Below, one piece after another: positions 14,501 to 28,460 of a DNA stretch of 64,000 bases. Both the position numbers and the translations under genes were made by a program. Every line of letters begins with the position of its first letter. The first letter of the stretch is position 1. Origin of the DNA: Bugula neritina (Eukaryota > Animalia > Bryozoa); assembly GCA_964035545.1 (NCBI GenBank), contig OZ037771.1:7225190-7289189 (forward strand), written 5' to 3'. The notes beneath the pieces were generated by a model. It saw nothing but the letters and a program-made list of their open reading frames with translations. It ran no database searches and was not told the origin of the DNA.

Positions 14501-17500
14501 TCACTGAGTCGATTATTCAAATTACGAACAATCTTATACAAAACATAAATCATACAATTTAAGTATGTTAGTTACTTTGAAGTAGCTATTACGTCTTCCT
14601 CCATAACAATAATTGTTTTATAATTATGGTTGTTGCAAGTAAGGCTAGCCAATTCAAATTAAATATTCTCTTAGAGATGCTTTTAATTATATTATAAAGC
14701 TTCAATTTTATTGATTTCAAAACTAGAATAAAAACTAAAATTCTTGTAGAAATAAGATTCAAAGTATGTTTTATATTCTAAATGAATGTAGTTTTAGAGC
14801 AGAAATGAATATGTTTAAATTTGATAATAGAAAGTTCACTAATTTGCACTTATGGTTTCAAGAAAAGTTATGAGTTTTAAATTAAAGTGCACTTGAAAAT
14901 GTTGTATAGAACTTGGATAAAATAATTGGACACTCTACAGCAAGAAATATGCCATTATAGCCTGAAAATATCTGACCTAAGCACAATTATCGCAGAAACT
15001 AAAAAGTTGGTACAAAATATTGTATTATATAGCTACTTTTACATTGTAAACCAAAAAAGGACAAATAAAAGTTAAACCACAAGCTACCAAACACATGTTT
15101 TATTCAAAACAAAAGATAAATAAATAAAAAAATATATTTTCATCACAATTTTTTATTTGTATATAAACTTTTTGCAGTAAAGCCGGTAATTCGTATATCA
15201 TCAAGAGCATCTTCAGATGGTCAAACAACAGAACTTAGTTTTAGAGTAGAAAACTCCGTGTCAGTTCATCAAGTTAGAGACAAATTGATGATAGAATTCT
15301 GTAAGCTGCTGGTAGTTGAACCTTGCTTATACCTTAATTATTCCATATCACCTGGACTCAACACTGTTTATATCCAAAATCAATACATTGTTGGAAAGTG
15401 GGAACTAGTTCTATTCCATGTCAAACTGGATGAAATAGGCTTAGCAAGTTCAAGAATCATTATAGAAAGAGGTAAGTTTAGTTTAAACAATCGTAACAGT
15501 ATATAATTGGATTACAAATAATTGATAACATCTCTGCTGCAATTAGTTAATTATATAAGTTTAAAACAATTCCAGGGCTTTTCATGCGTGAGTGTTTTTA
15601 TTACTTTTCACATATATTCCGGACACTCAATTATTTCTTTATGCTAAGAAATTGCTAATAATATACCTAAATTTTTGTGATTAGCACAAAAAATCAAATC
15701 AATTAATATTTATCTTGCTTCACACCTTTAGAGGCAACTTCAATTGCATCACTCTTTCTTTAATAGCTCACAAAAGTAATTTAAGAAGCTTGTTATGTTC
15801 TCAAACAATTTATTGTCAAAACTTGAAAATATAAAAAAAAACAATATATTATTTATAATGCTTTCATGCAATACAAAATTAAACAGCATCATTTTATTAC
15901 TGTTGTAAATACAATTTTGAAATCATTTATTTTAAAGTAGTTAAATTAGAAACAACAAATTTGTTATTTGCAGCCCCTACTCTTCCAACAAACATAAGCA
16001 TAACACCTTTGCAACCACCAGATGAAGATAAGGCTGAAATAAGCTGGGTTGCACCCTCAACAGTGTACTCATACGTACAGTTTACGTGTAGAGCTGAGTG
16101 CTGCAAAACGCAAAGAAATCTGAAGGTAAGCGTACAAAAAAAATTGTAAATAGCAGAACTATGGTTTATACTGTAACATAATTTATGGAGCTATTATAAA
16201 CTAGTTCAAATTGCATAAAGTCATTCATTGATTTAGATTCTAATAGATAAATTAATGTATATGTGCGTTTAATAAAAATGTTGTAAGAGTTTCCTACAAA
16301 CTATTGATTCGTTTGTTTGCATTTATAAACAAATATCTAACATAGTGTGTGTAATGCGTTGGTAGGGCCTATATACAGTTTAAGTTCACCAAAAATGACA
16401 ATTCTGACATTATTTTTAAGGCTCTGCAATTATTATTTCTGGTAACCTATATAAACAATATAATTTAGCCTAATTTTTAGGCAACTCAAATTGTTAAAAA
16501 AAATTTATTTCTATTATTCTCAGCTAAAAATATTTTTAGATAAGGGAATCAGAGTTTCACATTACCAACATTGAAGCTGGTAAAAGATGCAGTTTTAAGT
16601 TTAAAACTGTTTACATTGAAGAACCAGCTTACATAATTACTTCCAATTCATTTACGCAAGAGATTGTTACCTGTAAGTGTTATACTTCCTTAAAACTATA
16701 AAATTATAGTTTATTTTTGTTTGTTACATACATTTTTCATATTTTGAAATGTCTATAATTTAAGCATTTCACTTTAAATTTTGAAACTCACTTTATTATG
16801 TTTGGCAGACCCTTCACTACTAAATAGAGTCGTAGTTAGTTATCTTATAAACATGGCCAGCACTGAAGATATTGAAAACGCCAAATTTAATGCAATCATA
16901 AATTGGAAAAAAAGTAAAGGCTTCCTTAAAAGAGTGATAACGTCCATATACAGAGTTACAGATGATGGGGATCGCCTGGTCACAGTAGTTGGGAGAGAAT
17001 TAGGTAAGCTTTTTCTGATGATGAGGTGGAAAAGAGAATTAATGTGTTTGATAAATTGTAGAAATTCTTAAACAGACATATACTAAACCAATTTACTTGC
17101 CAAGTACTTTTCCTAGATTTAATAATTTTATTTGCAAAGTAGGCAATTTCTAACAGCTACTCAGTTTCAAAGTAAAAGTTGACAAAAATATATATTTTTT
17201 TACAAATGAAAGCAAAAATTTATTTTATAATAAAATTCAAAGTTTTAAGCAATGTCATGAGTTTATGGAAATTTAGCAAACCTAAAAAATAACTTCAAGT
17301 TTTGCAGTTGTTAAAATGTATAAAGTGTATTTCATAGTTATTAACTTGTGTTCAGAAGTTTCTGCGTGCTAAAAAATTGCTATTGAATGTTTTACTACAT
17401 GCATGTAAATTGTGATATTATATACCTGCAGTAGACAATATAGGTAGTACACCATCGAATCTATTATGCTGTATATAGTAGAGCTATACAAGTATCTGAC

Positions 17501-19983
17501 ACATGAGAAAATGTTTTAAACATTTTATCTTCAAATTTTATTTGGTAAGTTTAGTTTTAAGTTGACTAAATAAATAGCTTCAGGTCTTCAATTAATGCTT
17601 TATATATAAGCTATACTTCTGTTTCTTATAAAGCGTCGACTGATTCAAAAAAGCTCACTGAAGTTTACCAAGTTGAAAGACAACATACTGTCCCTGGTGC
17701 AACTTACAAGTTTAGTTTCACACCTGTTGGTGAATACGATTTAATATCAGCTTCTTCAAATGAATCTGTTACCCTCCGTATGTAAGCCTGACAAGTCATT
17801 CAATTGTTTTGGTTGCTGAAGTTACTGTAAAATTTGGAAAATATATAAACTTTAGCAAATCACTCTGAGAAGTAAAGATTTTAGCAAATAAAAGTATAAA
17901 TTTAAAATTTTTAGCTCCTGCTCCTCCTGTAAACTTTACTCTAACGTCTCCTATTGGTGATTTCAACAAGACTTTTCATTGGACGTACAACGTTAGAAGC
18001 CAACAAGATGCCGTGGTAGTAAGAATCTGCTTCATTAACAAAAACACAACATGTGTTTTTGAGAAAAAAGTTGATTATGATGAAACTCATTCTCAGCTCG
18101 TTGTTCAACCAAAGTTCATAGTTGGAAATTATATAGCTTATGCCTTTTCTCAGTCTAAAGGAGTTAACAGCAGCTTCAGCAATGTAATACACTTTGAGCA
18201 CAAATCTAGTAAGTATACCAACAAAGAACAGAAGATAAAAACTGAAATAATGTAGAACTTATATTATAATCAACTTGGTTTTGAAACAAATTTAATTTGC
18301 AGCACATTTAGTGTACCTCATTTGAATATTCAAAAAGAATTGTTTTTCCCCATTTTGCATTTTTAGTAAAATACATTTCTATAGTCAAAAAGTAAGCACT
18401 GTGGACAAAAAATTACTTGATGTAAAATATTTGCCATCGCCTCGGACCAATTGCTATTGCTCTAGCCATTTCTCCACAAGAGCTATAACAGGCTACTAAT
18501 CTTAACACTACATTTAAACCTAAGATCACAAGCTTAGTTTCGATGCCTCATGTTAGAAAATATCTATTCAATTAGTTTTGTTCTTTTTATAATCAGATAT
18601 AAGGTGCTATGAACCTACCAACTTGAATGGAAAAATATTAGATCTTGATGGGTCTGGAAAAATATCTTTTACCCCAAATAAAAGGTACAAACTAGAGTGT
18701 AACAAAGGGTATTTCTTAGTGAACCTACCAACTTCTAGGAAAAAAGGATCGTTGTGGGAATGTACAAAAGCTGGAACTTGGATCTCAGGATCTAGGTGTA
18801 TTGGTAAGTACATTGTTTAGAAAATTTTAACTCACTTTAAAAATCTTCTACTTAACCCTGGAGCAAAAATTAATGTCTGCAGTAAAAGAGTTTTTCTATG
18901 CATGAAAATTACTTGGAAAATAAAACATATATTATAGGAAAGAAAAATACTTGTAAATTTTAGAGCTAAATTATATTGAATAAATGATAACATATACTAC
19001 TGCTTATGTAATAGTAACAAATCGAAATCCATATTTTTCCATATCAAAAACTCCATGCTACTTTCACAGTAGCAATTTTTATATTTTTATCTTACTAGTT
19101 TCAGTAGTTTCAAAAATACACAAAGTTACAGTATATAATAACTGGCTAATGTAAAAGCATCATTATATTCATACTTCAGTTCCTAACGAATAATCTCAAA
19201 ACCAAGATGTTTTCTATATTTGTACAAACTGTTTTGTACTGGTAGTAAACTTTTAGCTGAAAAATTGTTAGCCCAATTAAATTATTACTGCAAATTGATA
19301 TTATTATAAACACACTGAAACATTTTGACTATAATTACATTACTCTATATGCTAACATGAAGTACAGAGGGTGACCAGAAAGTTTGATATTAGGATAATA
19401 CAAATTCGGTTTGGTTTTTAGCTACTACTTCTGGTTTTATTACAAACACTTTGCTGATCAGCATTTTTGGGATAACTTCAGGGTTGTTCTCTATTATCAT
19501 TACAATTGTGTACTGCATTTGCAGGTAAGTATTGTATTTATGTATTTAACTATTTCTAATAACAATATTAAGGCTAATCAGTTATTTTCTTAATGGGTCT
19601 CTAGTTTATGTTTCATATGTGTAATAATATATTGCATTTATTGTTAATATACATATAGGTTTTATGAATCATAGTGTTACTTATTAAACGTATATTTTAA
19701 AACTAATATAAGTTCATTTTGCTAGATTTGCAATAATTGTTTTTATTGTAAAATCAAACTATTATCAACAGCTGACCAATAATACTGTATAGATATTTTT
19801 AATATGCAAAACTGAAGTATTGCCTAAAATTACTATACAAAGGCTTTTTCTACAAATGCTAAGTATACTTAGTTTGTCGTTCATGAAACATGTTGTAATA
19901 TTCCGTCTCAAATAAAGGGTTTTTTTAATAATTCTTAATTTACTTGATGTTTCAGAAAGCAAAGTAAACAAGTGAGAAAATGA
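5549..19983 (+). CDS. Gene B: signal peptide + 9 CCP + FN3-like block + CCP + TM + very short tail
   Basis: SP exon 5549-5618 (MHIHFFGCLLFVKLLTKSNG). CCP exons 6490-6681, 7350-7541, 7880-8071, 9607-9798, 10349-10552, 11691-11888, 13054-13245, 13553-13750, 14208-14411. FN3-like exons 15178-15471, 15974-16125, 16540-16672, 16809-17003, 17634-17777, 17915-18208. CCP 18597-18803, TM 19422-19524, probable last exon 19956-19983 (RKQSKQVRK*). All phases are compatible. Confidence 0.82.
8228..9185 (+). mobile_element. SINE copy split by an insertion that begins with a hAT-like end
   Basis: SINE head GCAGCCGTGGTCTAA at 8228 and SINE body at about 9062-9185 match the 1276-1503 copy. The intervening DNA starts CAGGGCTGTCTAACAGGCGGCCC. 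Confidence 0.45.
11080..11607. mobile_element. hAT-type MITE
   Basis: Termini CAGGGTT...AACCCTG, 8-bp TSD CTATATAG (11072-11079 and 11608-11615), GTAATT-rich subterminal repeats. Confidence 0.75.
13254..13345. repeat. (GT/GC)n microsatellite
   Basis: Direct reading. Confidence 0.9.
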
Positions 19984-20577
19984 TGAGGAAAATTGACCAT
20001 CAACTAGATATATCAACTCCAGTAAATTCTATAGTTGAGTGCAGCAATCCCTCAAATAAATAATATTTTCTACTTATAGCAAAATTCGGTTTTATGACAA
20101 TTTTTTACCATGAGTTTTGGAATCAAAAAACCTACTCTTTACAGAATGCATTTTTTATAAACATTTTTCTTTTCATGAATTATACAACTCAAAAACAAAA
20201 AATGATAATAAATTTAAGTATATCTCATCTAAGAATACATGTTTTATATGCTTAAGATATTGGCAAATTTTTGCTTAAAAGCAATACAGTTATGAAACAG
20301 TTGTGGATTTTAAAACTACCTTGCAGTAAGCATATAAAATTTGTAGAAATAAAGTAACTGTGTAAAATAAAAATAATTCAATATGCTCAGCTGAAAAATT
20401 AAAGAAAACAATTGCCAGCACATGATTTTAGCAGAGGTTAAAATATTCAGCAATGCAAAGATAAACCTATTGGCATGTTCCAAAGGAGTGCAGGAACAAT
20501 TTAATAACAGGTTTTGGAAATTCTAGTCAAAGCAAAAGTATATCAATATTTTTAATGATGGTTAGGTATCATCTTAA

Positions 20578-20659
20578 CTTTGTGACAGTTGTGACTTTGT
20601 GACAGTTGTGACTTTGTGACAGTTGTGATTTTGTGACAGTTGTGACTTTGTGACAGTTG
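20578..20659. repeat. 17-bp minisatellite (TGTGACAGTTGTGACTT) x about 4.7
   Basis: Direct reading. Confidence 0.9.
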
Positions 20660-21848
20660 CAGAACATTGTACAATTGTAATCTGAAAACGCCGTTAATAC
20701 TGATTTGCTGTCCCAAATCTTTTCCTAGCTTCATTGTTGTTATAGAAAACGTTTATAACAACGTACTGGGACTTTGAGAAATAGTTTTGTCTCAGTACAT
20801 GGCTGAGCCATAGCTATTAATTGCTGAAATCTTCATCCATCTCTTGCTACATTTTATTAAAAAAACCTCTACCAATTTTATTATTACAGTATTTAGTTTA
20901 TTGCTGTATTATTCTCTGCAAATTTTTATTAACCTAAGCGTTAGTTATAGATTAGTTTGTAGGTATAATAACCTTTTTTGTAATCATTGCTTTATTAATG
21001 TATCAAATATAACACACCTAACCTTTATCTATTCACAATAGCTGTTGCAAGTAAACTGCTTTTGAATAGAGGCTTTTTAAGTATTTTTAAACATATTATA
21101 GACCTAAAAATAGAGTTGATATCTTCCTAACAGCTATTTTGATAAGAGATAAATAAATGTACTCGAGTCCATTATTATACTAATTACTCTTGAAGCTCAC
21201 AAAATGAGTAATACTTTCTTTTGCTCGTTAAGATTTTTAGACCAAAAAATACATGGACATTTTTAGTTGTGTGCATTTATTTACATCTCATCAGTTATGG
21301 TGTATCAGTTCAAAAATTTTAATAATCAATGTTATACTTAACCTATTATTGTGTTTTAGTGTATAGAAATATTTATTGTCTCAGACTAAAAGAAAATATA
21401 AATGTGAAAACCGTTATATCATACATGTTACAGTTGCAAGTTACAAGGAAATTAAAATAAATGAAAACGCTGGGTTTGTATACCAGTCAAAATTTTTAGC
21501 TATTGTGTGTTAGCTATGAGTGTGGATGAAGCATAATATAGCTGGCATAGCTGTAATGGTACATGAAAAGCTATAATAAATTAGGGAGTAGCTTCCCAGC
21601 TTATGTAAAGTGCCAACACCTATATCTCCATCATTCTAAAGTCTGCAATTTCAGCTTCAACATGCTTTATGTATTATTCTGCACACTCTATAATATTATT
21701 TTGTGTGTTATTTTAGTAATTTCATTATATTTAATTATAAATCTTCAAGGATTGTTTGTTCACTATTGTTGAATACCACTATTTTACTTGTCCTGTATGA
21801 CTTTAATTGACTATCCACTTTTACTAACAAAAGTTACTTACAGCTAAA

Positions 21849-24728
21849 ATGTATTTTATTCAAGTAAAAATATATGCAAATATAATTATAAGAACGGCAG
21901 TCATACTAACAAGATTCCTGGGAACAAGTGGCGGTCAGTAAAAATTAAATTTTATTGAACATGTTTTAGTTGTTGTTCATTTTAAAAAAAAAATTGAGTA
22001 TGTTATAATTATGCTTTGATATTTTTATTATGTTTACACTTGTGGAAATATGTAAATTTCAAACAGTTATTATAAATTTTGTTTCTTTATTTACCATTAT
22101 GTTGCTTTGCCATTTATATGGCATAAATACTCTAGCTTGATTTGCTATAGGATATAGTTTTGACTTTAATTGAAATTTTAGTTTAGATCTTATAGATTTA
22201 GCTTAGATGCAGTTTCGAACCCAGTTTTACTGTCATGTTTGGCGATTCACTTATGCTAGACCATTTTTATTTTAATTAAAATTACTGAAAATTCATTAAT
22301 CTTAGTTTCAGCCAAATCAAGGTTTGTAAATTCTAAGCATGTTTTGGAAATGCATATAATGAGTATTATTGAAACACTAGATTATGGAAAATAACCAGTA
22401 GCCATGATTTAGCTACTACAGTGTTAGAGCATTGGCTGAGTTAACTGCAGGAAGTCAAGGGTACGAACCTTTGTAAAGGGACCATTAATGTTGATGCTAG
22501 GAATTAGAGCATCCAGTCATAACTTCTCTTGTGCCTCATTTGAATGATTAAGTCTCTAGAAACTCACTTTGAAAAACTAGCTCACTTTGATTTTTATAAT
22601 GCAGGTTCTCATTATGCAGGGTAAGGAGTATAAGATTTAGTGAGTTTTTTTACTATATTGTTTTGAAAACCATCTTTTATTTTGATATAATATATCATGC
22701 TTAGCTATAGCAAATATATTGGGCAGATTAATATAAGATTATTTAACAAAAGCATACCACAATATTTTAGCCTATAACTCACTAAATAATATCTTAAAGC
22801 ATTATATGCGTTATAAAGGAGGCATAATCTAAGTTGTACTATAATAGAACAGTTTGTATTCTGCATTAAGTAGTCATGCCATTTAAAAGTATAGCAATGC
22901 CATTTAAACTTTGTAAAAAATATCAATTTTTTTGCAAATTATAGCATTGTGTGACCCAGTGGGATCAATTACTAATGGCAAGGTTAATGATATGTGTGAG
23001 AATTCACGACAGAGCGCGGGCACTTTCTGCAGAGTGACATGTGATGTAGGCACTAGCCTAAAGAAACGTCATCCTGAGCTCCAGGATGGATATACTTGTA
23101 AAGAAAATGGAGAATGGTTTCCCCCAGTGTTTGAGCTTGGATGTGAATGTAAGTTAAACCAACAGTTAAATTGCTTGTTAATATATCAAAATAATACTTC
23201 TCTTTACTCAGTTTATGTATAAGCTCGAATTATAAATATATAAGGCATCACGCTTGGCTGTGCATATTAGTTGAAGAAAATTACTTTACAAGAAAGAGAG
23301 AAAGTATATTATATAATTTTAATATAACTGAAACATGATAGGCACATGGAAGATTGACAGGTGCAAAAATATGACACAGGTTTCCTTAATTTAAGAAATA
23401 GGTAGGCAACTTGATATGATGATAAAAAGTTATCCTTTCTTTATAGTCAAACATGACAGAATAAACAATAAGTATAACATATGTTCCTTAGAGTTGAAGA
23501 CTAAAATTTGCATCAACTAATTTAAAAGTTTTAGCTTGCTATATGCCTATTTTACGTAAATTTTAAATTAAAAAAGTGTCTTGAAGTGATGCAAAAATAT
23601 TTTGCAAAAAATGTTTAATCTTAGACAGTTTATGCAGTTATCAATATTAAATAGTTTTATTAATTGTCTTTAGTTAATGAACATAACTGTAGGTTAAATA
23701 CAATCTATAAGTTTAAACATCTCTTTGTCTATTTGACAAAAAGTTTCATTAGATTAGGTGATTGTTTGTTTTATATTGTTTATTGTTTCCAATTTGTTAT
23801 GTTTATTAAGATCCTTACTGTGACAAGCTGCCTTCTGTGAATAATAATGGCAAGTATCACGACTCGAAATGTGACAAAATTTCTAGACCATACGGATCTT
23901 ACTGTCAGGTGATCTGTGGAGATGGATATGCTCTCTATGACGATCCATTTCAGTATCAGTGCGAAAAAAACCAGCAATGGTCGCCACTACCTAACAGCAT
24001 TGTCTGTAGAAGTAAGATTTATATAAATATGAATTTTATGTTGAATATAATTATATCATTAAATATGATTGTTTAAAAACAGCAAAATTAAATATATATC
24101 TAACATTCAGTTTAGAACTAAAACATACATTGCAATACTTGATAGCAAGTTTTTAATTATAGAGGCATGCCAACCACTTAGTCCAGTAAGCAATGGCAAA
24201 ATAACTCCAGATGATTGCTTAGCAAAGAAGCAACAGATACGAAGTGTTTGTGATGTTTCGTGCAATTATGGATATAGATTAGTCGGGATAGATAACAGAT
24301 ATGTATGCCAGCTAAATGGAGAATGGGATATTGAGCAAAACACTTTATTCTGTGAACGTAAGGAAACTTTATCTATAATTTAAAATTCAGCCAGTTCTAG
24401 TATTGGCACTAAAGCCAATCAGAATCACAATAGCTGTCAAATAATAAAGTGAGCTGAGGTTGTCATGAATGCAGACATAATAGCATTTTTTTTCTAAATG
24501 TTTACCTGCATGGCTATACTATACTAATTTAACACACAAGGCCATGATACTTGTAAACATAACTATACATGAGCATTTAAAAAAATAACTTTGATTAAAA
24601 TTAGCAAAGTGTCTCTATTATAATTTTTTCAATTCTAACTAACCAATAGCTTTAGTTGGAGTAAATGTTTCAAGTCGACTTGTACAACTGATTGACTAGT
24701 TTTGTTATTTTTACCATCTGGTCATCCA

Positions 24729-24811
<83 letters not shown>

Positions 24812-27800
24812 GGCAGATGACATTCTTTATGTCTCTCAATAATCTGCACACACCGAAAACCCTGAACACCAAAAGTTATAATTTAGTAATATGTGATAGG
24901 AATATCATTAATTGCTCTAAAGCTTTTGTGTAATTTTCCCTGGTCTGTTTCAGTTATGCTGAATAGAAACATGGATAAATTATAATAACAAAGATTGTCT
25001 CCCTTGTTCTCTCATATTGAATGATATATATATACACATTTTAAAGCAAGAGCTTCACTACATATTAAAAAGAGTATGGTTTCTACCTTGTAGCTTATTT
25101 ATGCCCTGCGCTAAAAGCAGTTCAACATGGAAGATTTCAAAATAGTACATGTGTTCAAGGACCAAACTTTGCAGACGACACCTGCCAATTACAGTGTGAT
25201 GAAGGTTATATGCCAGACAGTCACAATTTTGAGTATAGATGTAACTTAAATGAAAAATGGACCCCAGCAGCAAATACTGTTAAATGCAAAGGTAATCTTG
25301 TAAAAAATATTTAATTTATCTATATATTATATTGTTGCCAGAAAATTATGTTTTGAATAAATTTGATGTAGTGTTGAGTTAACCCAGCAGCCCCCGTGGT
25401 GCTGGGTTAGTGTATCTGCTTAAGCAAATCGGAGGTCTGTGGTTTGAATCCTGGTGTGGGGGCAATTTTTTTACACTCCATGCAGGCTAGGTAGTATTGA
25501 TTTTATTTTTGATTGTTTTGAAAAAAACAATAAAGCAAAATTTACTAGCTAATAATTTTTTTGAATTTTGAAAATTTTTATTTAATAAAATTAATTAAAA
25601 CTGAACTGAATTATTACAGCCGCATGTGATCCACTTAAACTCATAGAAAATGGCAATGCTTCTAGAGAGTGTCATGCTAACATTCAATTAGAGGGAAAAC
25701 TTTGCGAGGTCACTTGTGATCCCGACTTTGCTCTATTCAGTTTGACATCAAGTTACTCATTCAGATGTGATAAGACTGGAAATTGGTTTCCACAAGAAAG
25801 CAGCATTGTTTGTGAACGTATGTTTACTGATACCTAATTTAATAACATTTAGTTTAAAGTCTATAAATAACTTGCTTTGAATAGGTTTTATGCACAGAGG
25901 TATAGGCATAAAGTATTATTAAAACTTGACAAAAAATGTCACCCCTTGTCTAGGCACAGGAAAAAATGTGACATATAAATTTACGTAGATACTTAGTGCT
26001 GATCTAAAAAATATGAAGTATCTCCACATTTGTGCAGCATGTCTTTTTTTGTCGTGTTGCATAAAATCAAGCTATATTAATATATTTGTGGTTATGATGG
26101 GAGCTATAATTATAATCAAATTGCTCTGGCAACTTAGCCTAACCAATTTATAGCTAATGTCACATTGTGACTCAAAAAATTACCCGGAAATATATTTTAT
26201 AGTTGAAATGTGTATCTATATATATATATATATATAAGGATTCAATATTTTGTTGGTTTAGGCGCTGATTGTCCACCATTGATGAGTGTGCAGAATGGTG
26301 TATTCTTAAAAAAAACTTGTACCACAAATTCACATTTCTACGGAGATATCTGTACAGTTAAATGTGACAATGGCTACAAACCATCTATACAACCAGCAAG
26401 CTACAAGTGTCTTTCAAACAAACAATGGGGTCCTGCCGCAAATACCATCACCTGCAAAAGTACTAACTCTAACTTTTATTTTTATATTTTAGTTTATTGA
26501 TTTATTCTCTAATTATCTATTCAAGAAACAAAAATATTTAACTTCATTTTAGAAACTGTTGACAAATCTTTTGAAGAGGATTTTCAATAAAATCAAAGTG
26601 ATATTGGCAAAATCTATAAGTTTATCAGCATTATTTGAGTTCTGCAAAATACTTTTGTAGCAGTTATAAAAGTTAGATAACGCTAATTAGTCAAACAACT
26701 ATTGACTTTTCCAACAGTTTGTTAAAACTTATTGTGAAAAACTTAAATTATTGAAATGTTGTTTCAGCCGGCTGTCCACCACTTAGTGCCATAGCAAATG
26801 GTAACTTAACCAAGGAATGTACCACCGAGTTTCACCAGCAAGGAAAAGTTTGCAAAGTCGGCTGCAGCTCTATCTCCCGGCTGTCAATAGTGAACTCTCA
26901 CTATCTCTGTACTAGTGGCGGAAAATGGATACCACCTGATAAAACTATCTATTGCAATGGTACAGAGCAATGAGTTAATTATAGCAAATTTGTTTAATAT
27001 AATGCAGTTCTTTTGGCAATATAAATTTTATGTGGTTTATAACACAGTTGAACATTAAGATATTACCAAGCATTGCACACAAAATTCTGCTGCCTGCTAT
27101 AATTATAATAACTGCATACTAAAATAACTTTATATCAATTAACATATTATCATATAACTAACTGCTATAGTAACCATATAATATATTATTATCATATAAC
27201 TAACTGCTATAGTAACCATATAACATATTATCATATAACTAACTGCTATAGTAACCATATAACATATTATCATATAACTAACTGCTATAGTAACCATATA
27301 CAGGTAGAAAAACCAATTAACAAATGAAAATTATTATATATAAGTACAAATATATATATATTCAATCAATCATGTTCTATCAATGAGTCATTATATGATC
27401 AGACCTATCTTGTAAATTTTGTGTTAATTTATTCTTTTTGTTTTATATCTTGATAAATGAAGTTTATGTATCAAAGTATAGTGAGATATAATTTTATTTT
27501 TATAAAAACAGTTTTTTATATATCTACTAACTCCTCTTTAAATAATTTCAACAGCCCAACCCTCTAAAGCACTCGCCAAAACATTAATTACCTATTATTA
27601 ACATTTTATTAGTTAAAATATGTATTATAGACCTCATTGAAAAGAACAGCTTATATATAAGGAAATAATTTTCTTACACTATATTAAATAAAATTATAGC
27701 ACTGTTCTAAAAACTATTTTACTACGCATTAATCATTTTTATTTTGCTTTGACAGGACGTGTATTTTGAATTGTTTTTTAAATTTTATAGTAAGATCATG

Positions 27801-28460
27801 TGTGCCACCAAGTGGTACAAATGGAAAGCTGCTGCATTTAGATGGTTTCACAGTAGATGTTTATGAACTTGAAAAAAAGTACAAGCTCCTTTGCAACAGA
27901 CTATATAAACTAACATCACTGAATAGGAGTTCTGGGGATCTATCATGGCAGTGCAGTAAAAATGGAGACTGGTTGCCAGCATCTGCATGTCTAGGTAATC
28001 ATTCAACTATTATATATATTTAATTATAATTATAGTATATAGATTGTTGATTTGTGGCCAGTTTATCTTATATGTCATTGATATCATATATGCACTTTAA
28101 ATAATCAGATTTTAATATAGCTATCGTCACACTGCATGCAGAAACTGCTAAAAATTTGATGCATGTGCTTGTGTAGTGTTTGATTTCAATATCTGTATTT
28201 TAATAAAGTTTGGTTTGTTGCTTTTCCTATCCTTACATCTAATATGATCATTTTAGCAAATGCAAACATAACTTTACTAATTATACTTGGATGTGTAGCG
28301 TGGACACTCATTCTCTTTACAGCAGTGGGCTATGGTTTATACAGGTAATATTTTGAATATGAATATGATGCAGTAATCGATGTACTTCTTTTTGTCTCAT
28401 CATTTAATATATTCTAGCTTAAAATGGTGGTGCAGCTACATTATCATCATTATCAGATAA
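21849..28460 (+). CDS. Gene C: signal peptide + 8 CCP + TM (no FN3 block)
   Basis: SP exon 21849-21933. CCP exons 22945-23148, 23811-24011, 24163-24357, 25094-25291, 25620-25817, 26262-26459, 26768-26959, 27791-27994. TM 28257-28344. Terminal exon uncertain (28418-28460 is one option). Confidence 0.8.
22419..22600 (+). mobile_element. Diverged SINE copy
   Basis: Shares AGAGCATCC...TCATAA...TGTGCCTCAT...CTCACTTT blocks with the SINE at 1276-1503. Confidence 0.5.
24731..24808. repeat. (AT)n microsatellite
   Basis: Direct reading. Confidence 0.95.
27141..27300. repeat. About 39-41-bp minisatellite x4
   Basis: Unit AACATATTATCATATAACTAACTGCTATAGTAACCATAT. Confidence 0.9.

Noticed and set aside
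20578-20659. Minisatellite rich in TGTGAC, identical to the Polinton TSD
   Set aside because: A 6-bp match 11 kb away is expected by chance, and TGTGAC is also a common Cys-Asp codon pair here.
25388-25465. tRNA-like sequence
   Set aside because: A/B-box-like motifs but no convincing cloverleaf. Probably a SINE head.
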